A stretch of DNA of 32,000 nt, from positions 1,110,001 through 1,142,000 of the forward strand of contig OW818675.1 of NCBI GenBank assembly GCA_942493095.1, written 5' to 3'. This stretch comes from Candidatus Electronema halotolerans (GTDB taxonomy: Bacteria > Desulfobacterota > Desulfobulbia > Desulfobulbales > Desulfobulbaceae). A program made the translations under genes and the position numbers. The notes below the pieces were generated by a model. The model worked only from the letters and a program-made list of their open reading frames with translations, did no database searches and was not told where the DNA came from. This document shows positions 19,196 to 29,000 of the stretch, piece after piece; position 1 is the first letter of the stretch, and each line of letters opens with the position of its first letter.

Positions 19196-20068
19196 TTATG
19201 CTTCCCGCAGTAAACGAAAACCAAGATGATTGTATCTTTTATTGTCATCATAGGCGATGCAATGGGCGGAACGACAGAACGTTGGATAATAGTTCCACGA
19301 TCCGCCGCGAGCCATTCGTAATGGGCCAGTCACGGATAACGGATCCTTGATGCCGTCAAGGCAGGTGTCCACCCAAAAATAACACTTTTCATGATAGACT
19401 ATGCATTTATCTTGACACCATTCCCATAGATTGCCATGCATGTCATATAATCCCCAAGCATTTGGAGCGAAGCTCGCCACAGAACAAGGCCTCAAGTCAA
19501 GCTCATCATCAGGATTCAAAGGCGCAAGACGGTAGTTTTCCTCGTAATCAGCAAGACTTCTGTCTAAATGATTGGCAAGTTTGGTGGTGATCTCGTCGCC
19601 AAAATTATAGGCAGTTGTTGTGCCTGCCCGACAGCTGTACTCCCATTCTGCTTCCGTTGGAAGACGATACACTCCATCTTCCTGCTGATTCAGCCATCTG
19701 ATAAATATCTGCACGTCAATCCATGACACACAACTCACCGGATAATCATCTTCCTGCTCATATCCTGGGTTGTCCCAGTATATATCCTGATATCTACGGC
19801 CATCTTTGTTCAAACGTGTGGCATACGCTCCATCCTCAATTTCAGCTTGCGTCTTATAACCAGTTTTTTCGACAAAATGCCGCCACTGCCCCACTGTCAC
19901 ATGGGTATCTTGCATGTAAAATCCTTTTGTCAGGATAACTTTATGCAGTATTTCGCTGTCATATCTCCCAACTTCAGTTTCTGGTGACCCCATCATAAAG
20001 CTACCAGCGGGAATATAACAGAACTGCATTTTCAGAGCATTTGTCAGTTTCTTTAGCGAATTGCTCAT
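19196..20068 (-). CDS. FGE/SUMF1-family protein 2 (formylglycine-generating-enzyme-like)
   Basis: MQFCYIPAGSFMMGSPETEVGRYDSEILHKV..., YRLPTEAEWEYSCRAG, WGLYDMHGNLWEWCQD, RMARGGSWNYYPTFCRSAHCIAYDDNKRYNHLGFR. Confidence 0.92.
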   Translation of the reverse strand: MSNSLKKLTNALKMQFCYIPAGSFMMGSPETEVGRYDSEILHKVILTKGFYMQDTHVTVGQWRHFVEKTGYKTQAEIEDGAYATRLNKDGRRYQDIYWDNPGYEQEDDYPVSCVSWIDVQIFIRWLNQQEDGVYRLPTEAEWEYSCRAGTTTAYNFGDEITTKLANHLDRSLADYEENYRLAPLNPDDELDLRPCSVASFAPNAWGLYDMHGNLWEWCQDKCIVYHEKCYFWVDTCLDGIKDPLSVTGPLRMARGGSWNYYPTFCRSAHCIAYDDNKRYNHLGFRLLREA

Positions 20069-20092
20069 TTTTCACCTTTCAAGGTCACAGCA

Positions 20093-23000
20093 TCACGCAA
20101 AATGATGCCAAGTTTTTTTAAAGAGAAAGCTCTCTTCAGTCGTTGCTGTTTCACTCATATCTTTTCGACAAAATGCAACAGCATAGTGGTAAGGGCTATC
20201 GTAACTGATGATGCAGGCGAAATTTGCCTGATCAGCTAACCGGCACAATTCATCGGGATCAATTCCCTGCTCTCTTTGCCGCAGAGAATTTCGCAATTCT
20301 TTCACGGTGCCCTCAGCGTTGTGTAATTGCGCCAAAAGATGCTTCTCAGCGGACAATCGGGCGTTGGGTATATTCTTTATGGCAAAAGATCGGTTCTCAG
20401 CTAAAAGTTGTGCAATATTTGATAGATTCACGTCCTGCTCCTGCCAGTCGAGCCAGATTGTCTCCGGCTGCTCCGGTTCCTGATCAAGTCGCAAGATGAC
20501 GTCGTAACGAAAACGATTCATTTCGTTTTGCCCTGCACCAGCTTTCAGTTGAATTTGGACATTCTTGATACGCGGGAATTCCTGATGTATTGCCTTGAAC
20601 AAATCAGGATCAATGAACAGTTCTTCCTCTTCCTGCACAGCTTTCTGGATGTGTTGCCGCAATACAGATAAAGGCAAGGAATCTTCTGCCTGATGGAGTT
20701 GAACAGAAGCGTGAAACGCTTCCAGCAGCTTGAAATTGCGTATGTCGCCTATAAAAATGCTGCCGCCCGGCGAAACAGCCTCCATTGCTTTTTCCAAGAC
20801 CGAAATACAATAATCAACTGAAGGAAAATATTGAATAACAGCATTCATGGCAATAACATCCACAGAACCGTTTTCAATTCCTTGAAAGGCATCAGCGGCG
20901 TTTCTTTGCTCCTGTAGCAGTTGAGAAAAGTCAACGCCAATGTATTGTTGGCAGGAAGGAGCTATGCAGGAGGAAAACGCCCCAATTCCGCAGCTAATTT
21001 CCAGCAAACGCTCTGGCTTGAGGGAGAGAATCTTTTCAACCGTGTCATTCAACCACGACATCTCCCCCTTGGCACTGCCTGTTTTTTTCTTCTTTGACTC
21101 AGATTCAGGGACAAAATAGGCCAGCAGCCGCTTGCCATCTATTTCATCATGGGCAATGACTGTCGCTTCTTTCACCAAAGGATGTCGACAAATGGCTGTT
21201 TCAATCTCGCCCAGCTCAATGCGGAAGCCGCGAATCTTGACCTGAAAGTCGTCGCGGCCAAGGAACTCAATGCTGCCGTCTGGCAGCCAGCGGCCTAAAT
21301 CGCCGGTGCGGTAGAGGTGCTCGCCGGTGCGCGGATGGATGATGAAGCTGGCGGCAGTCTTCTCCTCATCGCCCCAGTAACACTGCGCCAAACCGATGCC
21401 GCCGATATAAAGCTGTCCCGGAACCAGCAGCGGACAAGGTGATAATTTTTCATCCAAAATATGAAAGGATTGATTGCGCAATGCTTTGCCGTAAGGAATG
21501 CTCTTCCACGCCGGATCAACGTGGTCAATCGGATGCCAGATTGACCAGATTGAGGCTTCGGTGGCCCCGCCGAGACTGATGGTTTGCGCCTGCGGCCAGA
21601 CAGTGCTGATGCGCTCCGGCAGATTGAGCGGAATCCAGTCGCCGCTCATCATGACCAGCCGCAGGGCGGCATTGCCCTCAATTTGCTCGGCATAAATCTG
21701 CATCAGGGCCGGGACGCTGTTCCAGACCGTCACCTGATGACGGCTCGCCAGCTCGGCCCAATGCGTCGGCTCCTTGGCTTTTTCCTGCTCAGGCATGACC
21801 ACTGCGCCGCCAGCGGCGAGCAGGCCGAAGATGTCATAAACCGACAGGTCAAAACTCAATGAAGACAGGGCCAGCACCCGGTCATTCTGGCCAACGGCAA
21901 AGCGTTCGTTGATATCGAGAATGGTGTTGGTCGCGCCACGATGGCTGATGGCCACTCCCTTGGGCAGACCGGTCGAACCGGAAGTAAAGATGATGTAGGC
22001 CAAGTCATCCGGCTGCGTTGCGACTGCCGGTTTTTCCGGCGGAAATGCAGTCAGATCAAGCTGCTCCGCTGTCAGGGTCCGCACGTTTTCCGGCAGCTCC
22101 AGACTGTCCGCAACCCGCTGATGGGTGATCAGGCTGCCTGCGCCGCTGCCCTCCAGAATGCGCTGAATGCGCTCCGCCGGATAATCAGGATCAACCGGCA
22201 CATAGGCTGCCCCGGCCTTGAGCGCGGCCAGCACGCTGATGATCATCAGCGGAGAACGTTCCAGAGCGACCGCGACCAAGGGCTGCCTGCTCGTTTCTGT
22301 TTTTATTGCCAGAAGACAATGCGCGAGCCGACAGGCCTGCTGATCAAGCTGCTGATAGGTGAGCTGCTCATTTTTATGAATGAGAGCAGCACTGTCCGGC
22401 GATGCCGCAGCCTGCCGCTCGAACAGGTCAAGCAGGGTGCAGTCAGGAACCGGCCCGGTCTCCGGCGCGTTCCACTGCTGAATCTGCGCCAGCTCCGGCT
22501 GTGTCAGCATATCCAGCTGGCCGACAGGCTGCTCCGGCGCGCTGATCAAAGCAGCCAGCAAGGTGCGCAGATGGCCCCAGAAACGGTCAATGCTCTCAGC
22601 ATTGATCCGGCAGCTGTCGTGCAGCAGATAAAAATCTGCTGTCTCGCCCGGATCAACCATGATTGTCAAGGGAAAGCTGGTCGCGTTCTGACTCCACATC
22701 TGCTCAATGCGGTAACTCTCATCCGCTGTTGCCTCGTTGTCGCCTCGTGGAAAATTTTCCACAGCCAGCAAGGTTTCAAAGAGAGCCTCATCTTGAGCAA
22801 GTTCGCTTTGCTCTTGAATATCAACTAATGAGCTGAAACCATGCCGACTGTCAGCCTGATGCAGTTCCTGCACGTGCTGGAGCAGCTCGCTGCCGGACAG
22901 GGAATTGTCAATTTGCAGGCGAAATGGCAGTGCGTTGATCAGCATGCCTACCATATCCTCAATACCGGCAAGAGACGCATTGCGTCCGGAGATCATCACG

Positions 23001-26000
23001 CCGAAGCATATATCTGTTTTGCTGCTGTACCGGGCAAGTGCCAAGCCCAGCGCAGTTTGCAGCACTGTGTTCAACGTGACTCTCTGCTGCTGGCAGAACT
23101 GCTGGAGCTGCGCAGCAGACTCTGCACCTAACGAGTAACGTATTTTACGGTACTCGGGTTGTAACTTATTGAGTTGTTGTATGGGCAAGAGGGTAGGTTC
23201 TGTAAAACCAGCCAACCGTTCCTGCCAATAGCAGTTTGCGTTTTCAGCATCCTGCTTCTGAAGCCAAGCAATGTATTCCCGGAAAGGCGGCAAGGTCGGC
23301 AGCTGTGGTGTTCTGCCCTGCTTCATGGCCAGATAGCTGCTGCGCACCTCCTCAAAAATTCGTGAAACTGACCAGCCGTCCAGCAGCACATGATGGAAGT
23401 GCATGACAAAAGTGAACTGCTCATCATCTCTGCGGATCAGATCAAAACGAATCAGGGGAGCTTTACTGACAACAAATCCTTTTTTTCGCTCCTGATCTGT
23501 CAGCAGCCGCAGCCGCTCCTTCTGCTGCCCGACAGGCAATTCCCGCCAGTCATGCTCCTGCCAGAAAAGTTTTGCCTTTTTCTCGACAAGCTGTAGCATG
23601 GGCGTATGATCTGTCAGAAACGCGCTGCGCAGAATTGGATGCCGCTCAAGCTGTAGCTGCCATGCCGCTTTGAAGAACAGAGCATCTATATTGCTTAACG
23701 TGCAAAGAAGCTGCTCAAAATACTCCTCGTTTTCAGGCTGATACAGCGTGTGGAACAACAGGCCCTGCTGCATCGGCGTAAGCGGATAGATATCTTGGAT
23801 ATCAGCATATTGTTTGAACAGGCTGTCCAAAGTCGCCTGCGTCACCGAAGCGGCGGGAAAGTCAGACGGCGTGACTCCTTGACGGCCTTGAGCGCAGTGA
23901 TGAACAAGCTCCTGCAAACAGGCAATATAAGCTTGAGCGATTCCCTTGACAGTCTCCGAACGATAGCAGTCGCTGCTCCAGCTCCACGTCAAAGAAAGTT
24001 GGCCCTGCGTCACTGCGCCGTTGATTTCAAGCAGATGACTGCGCGGGCCGGTCATGCTTATTTGGCTGCCGGTCTTCTCTGCGGTCATCGAAAAAGAACC
24101 TGCATCAATCCCTTGATCAAACTGACCAAGATAGTTGAATACAATATCCGCCTTGGGCAGTTTGTGTCCAGCCAGCTCCTTCAGCAGACCATAGCTGATG
24201 CCGTCCTTGGGGATGCGGCGCAGTTGTTCTTTGACTGCCTTGATGACTGCTCCCAGCTCGTTTGCTTGGGGCAGATCAAGCAGCACTGGATACATGGCAG
24301 TAAACCAGCCTGTAGTCCGTGACAGATCAAGTTCCGGGAACAGCCCGACTCGGCCATGTCCTTCCAGCTCAATCAAAGATTGTGAGCTGCCATGCCAATC
24401 CCGCAAGGTCATGGCTAAAGCCGCTAAGAGCAAATCATTGATTCGGGTGTTATAGGCAAGCTGCGCTTCCCGCAGCAGGGTCGAAGTTTTTTTCTCTTCC
24501 AAGCGGACGGTGATTTCCTGCTGATATTCACGCCTGTTTTTTCCGTCTTGGAAATCCATCGGCAGAGGCAGCTCAGGCAGTGCCTGCCAGAAGTGCAGTT
24601 CATCGGCCAGCTCCTGACTGCTGAGATAGCTCTGTAGCCGCATTGACCACGCCTTGAAACTGCTGCTTTTCAGCGGCAGCGAAAGCGGCTGGCCTTGAAC
24701 AAGCTGACTGTAAGCTTTATGCAGGTCTTCCAGCAAAGGCCGCCATGACACGCCGTCAACTGCAAGATGGTGAATGCACCAAAACAGGCGGGTTCGGTCA
24801 GCAGTTTGCAGGAGCGTCAAACGGGTCAGCGGCCCGTGAACAAAATTGAGATTCTGCTGCTGGTCCAAAGTTTTGCTGATCAGCCATTGTTCAGCCTCCT
24901 CTTCTTGGGCAGCGGATCTTTCGATTGTGAAAGGGATTTTTTCTGCTGCTGGCGCATAATATTGCTGCCATGAGCCGTCATGCTGCGAGAAACGCAGCCG
25001 AAGTGCGTCATGATGCTGCAAGACAGCGGCAAAGGCTTGGCGCAGGACATCTGGGTTGAAATCATCAGGAACTGAGAGCAGCACAGACTGGTTGAAATGA
25101 TGCGGTTCTGGCTGCTCCTGAGCAAAAAACCAATGTTGCGCTGGCGTGAGCGGCAGCTCGCCGCTGACTAAACCTTGCTCGGCATCAATATCAATAAGCA
25201 CCCCTGCTTGCGCAACTTTAGCCAGCTCGGCAATGCTTTGATGCTCAAATAGATGATGCACGGCAAGCTGAATTCCGGCCTTGCGGGCGCGGGTGACAAC
25301 TTGGATGCTGAGGATGGAATCGCCGCCCAGCTCAAAAAAGTTGTCGTGAATGCCGATGCTGCGCTGTTTAAGCAGTGCGCCCCAGATTTCCGCCAGCGTC
25401 TGCTCAATCTCGTTGCGCGGCAGGGAAAAATCTCCCGCGTCAAAGGTCAACTTTGGTTTTGGCAGGGCTTTTCTGTCAATCTTGCCGTTGGCGGTCAGCG
25501 GAAAGGTTTTCAGAGGCATCAGATAGTTTGGCACCATGTAGTCTGGCAAACGCTCTTTCAGCCAAGTGCGGAGCTGGCCACTCTCCAAACACGGATCGCT
25601 GGCAGTAAAATACGCAGCAAGATGCCTGCTGTCGCCCTCATCATGCACAGCAGTCAGAGCCTCTCTGACCGCCGGATGCTGGCGGAGGCAGGCTTCAATC
25701 TCGCCCAGCTCAATGCGGAAGCCTCTGATTTTGACTTGGAAGTCGTCGCGGCCAAGGAACTCGATGCTGCCGTCCGGCAGCCAGCGGCCAAGGTCGCCGG
25801 TGCGGTAGAGGCGTTCGCCCGCGCGCGGATGGATGATGAAGCTGGTTGCGGTTTTTTCCTCGTCATTCCAATAGCATCGCGCCAGGCCGCTGCCGCCGAT
25901 ATAAAGCTGTCCCGGCACATTGACCGGGCACGGCTCCAGCGCGCTGTTGAGCACCTGCCAGCTCTGGTTGCGCAGGGCCTTGCCATACGGAATGCTTTTC

Positions 26001-29000
26001 CAAGCCGGATCAACGTGGTCAATCGGGTGCCAGATTGACCAGATGGAGGCTTCGGTGGCCCCGCCGAGACTGATGACCCGCGCCTGCGGCCAGACAGTGC
26101 TAATGCGCTCCGGCAGATTGAGCGGAATCCAGTCGCCGCTCATCATGACCAGCCGCAGCGATTCAGGGCGCAGGGCCGCCTGCCCCTCGACGTGATCGGC
26201 GTGAATCTGCATCAGGGCCGGGACGCTGTTCCAGACCGTCACCTTATGGCGATTTGACAGCTCGGCCCAATGCGTCGGCTCCTTGGCTTTTTCCTGCTCA
26301 GGCATGACCACTGCGCCGCCAGCGGCGAGCAGGCCGAAGATGTCATAAACCGACAGGTCAAAACTCAATGAAGACAGGGCCAGCACCCGGTCATTTTGGC
26401 CAACGGCAAAGCGTTCGTTGATATCTAAGATGGTGTTGGCCGCGCCACGATGGCTGATGGCCACGCCCTTGGGCAGGCCGGTCGAGCCGGAGGTGAAGAT
26501 GATGTAGGCCAGATCATCCGGCTGCGTTGCGGCAGCCGGTTTTTCCGGCGGAAATGCGGCTAAGTCGAGTTGCTCTACGGTCAGCGCATGAACGTTTTCC
26601 GGCAGTTCCAGACTGTCCGCAACCCGCTGATGGGTGATCATGCTGCCTGCGCCGCTGCCCTCCAGAATGCGCTGGATGCGCTCCGCCGGATAGTCAGGAT
26701 CAACCGGCACATAAGCGGCCCCGGCCTTGAGCGCGGCCAGCACGCTGATGATCATCAGCGGTGACCGCTCCAGAGCGACCGCAACCAAGGGCTGCCTGCT
26801 TGTTTCTGTTTTTATTGCCAGAAGACAGTGCGCGAGCCGACAGGCCTGCTCATCAAGCTGCTGATAGGTGAGCTGCTCGTCTTTGTGAATGAGGGCCACA
26901 TTGTCCGGCGATGCCGCAGCCTGCCGCTCGAACAGGTCAAGCAGGGTGCAGTCAGGCGCAGGCCCAGTCTCCGGCGCGCTCCACTGCTCCAGCTGCTCCA
27001 GCTCGGCCGCAGTGAGCATGGGCAGCCGACTGACCGACTGACGCGGATCTGCGGCTATGCCTTGCAGCAGGATCATGAAATGCCCGCTCATGCGGATAAT
27101 GCTGGCTTCGCTGAAGATATCCGTGGCGTATTCCCACGTGCAGCGGAGTCGGCCCTCCGAATCATCAACAAAGAGGGTCAGGTCAAATTTGGCAATCGGA
27201 TATTCGCTGTCATGAATTTTGGCTTCAAGACCTTGCAGCTCCAATGAAATTTCATCCTGAACAGCGAGCATGACCTGAAAGAGCGGGGCATGGCTCATGT
27301 TCCGGCTTGGCTGCAGCTGCTCGACCAGCATCTCAAAGGGAATGTCCTGATACGCATAGGCCGCCAGACAAGTTTGCCGGACAGCGTGGAGCAGCCCGCT
27401 GAAGGACTGCTCCGGCTCAAGATGGGTGCGCAGCACAAGCGTGTTGACAAAAAAACCAACCAAATCTTCAGTTTGCCTGTGCGTCCGACTGGCAATCGGA
27501 CTGCCGACGCAGATGTCGTCCTGACGGCTGTAGCGAGACAGCAGGATGCTGAAGGCGGCGAGCAGGGTCATGAACACAGTTGCGCCTTCCTGCCTGCTCA
27601 AGTCAGCAACTGCCTGACTGATCTCCGACGGCAGCAGATGGGTGTAATGCGCGCCGCGATATGACTGACGCGCAGGCCGCGCTTTATCGGTCGGCAGCTC
27701 CAGCAGGTCCGGGATGCCGTCAAGCTGTCGCTTCCAGTAATCGACCTGCCGCTGGAGGACTTCGCCTTGCAGCCAGCCGCGCTGCCAGACCGCAAAATCA
27801 CCGTATTCAAGGGCCAGCGGCGGCAGGCCCGGCTCTTCCTCATTCAGGAAGGCGGCATAAGCGTGCTGCAGATCGCGCAGGAGAATGCCGATTGACCAGC
27901 CGTCGCTGACAATATGGTGCATGTTTAGCAGCAGAACGGCCCGCTCCGCCTCGGTCCGCAGCAGGACTGCCCGGAACAGCGGACCGCTCGCCAGATCAAA
28001 AGGGGCGACAGTATGCTCATAAAGCTGGGCGACGATTTCCTGCTCCAGCACGTCGCCGTCAAGATGACGCAAATCTGCAATCTGAAGACAGGGCGCATCC
28101 TCTGCCGGGCGCAGTTCCGCACGGGGTCGGCCATCCTCGGCGGCAAAAATCGTGCGCAGCGAGGCATGACGCTGCCGCAGCCAATGCAGGCTTTTTTCCA
28201 ATGCAACTGCGTTCAAGCCGCCAGTCAGCGCAAAGGCCAGCGGCATGTTGTAGGCGGCGGTCTTGTTTTCCTCAAGCTGATCAAGGAACCAAAGCCGCTG
28301 CTGGGCGAACGAGAGCTGTTTCCGCGCGGCATCCGGCTGCGCGGTGATCGGGGGCAGGCTGACTGAACCGGCGGCTGCGCGGACCACCGCCGCCATCTCA
28401 CGGAGCGTCGGATGCTCAAAAATCGCGCGCACCGGCAGCTCAGTCTGAAAAGTCTCCCTGATGCGGGAGACAAGCTGCATGGCGAGCAGGGAATTGCCGC
28501 CCCGCTCAAAGAAGCTGTCCTCCCTACTGATCTGCTCCGCATTCAGAAGTCCTGCCCAGACAGCGGCCAGCAGCTCCTCGTCCGGGCTGACCGGCTTCAG
28601 CCCCTCCTGTTCAGCGGTCAATTCCGGCTCCGGCAATGCGTTCCGGTCGAGCTTGCCATTGGCAGTCAGCGGCAGCGCGTCAAGAAGACAGTAATAGGCG
28701 GGCACCATGTAGTCCGGCAGGGCCTGCTGCGCCGCCGCCTTCAGCTCGGCTGTCAGTGACGGAGCCGCCGCATCCGCAGTGACATAAGCGGCCAAATATT
28801 GCTGTCCGCCGCCGCCCCAGACTTTTGCCACCACATCTCTGACCGCCGGATGCTGGCGGAGGCAGGCTTCAATCTCGCCCAGCTCAATGCGGAAGCCTCT
28901 GATTTTGACTTGGAAGTCGTCGCGGCCAAGGAACTCGATGCTGCCGTCCGGCAGCCAGCGGCCAAGGTCGCCGGTGCGGTAGAGGCGTTCGCCCGCGCGC

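Noticed and set aside
9323-20068. FGE-like genes as variable targets of a diversity-generating retroelement
   Set aside because: DGR targets often have this fold, but I see no reverse transcriptase and no template repeat matching either 3' end in the window. The operon context favours an enzymatic role. A genome-wide search for an RT/TR would settle it.
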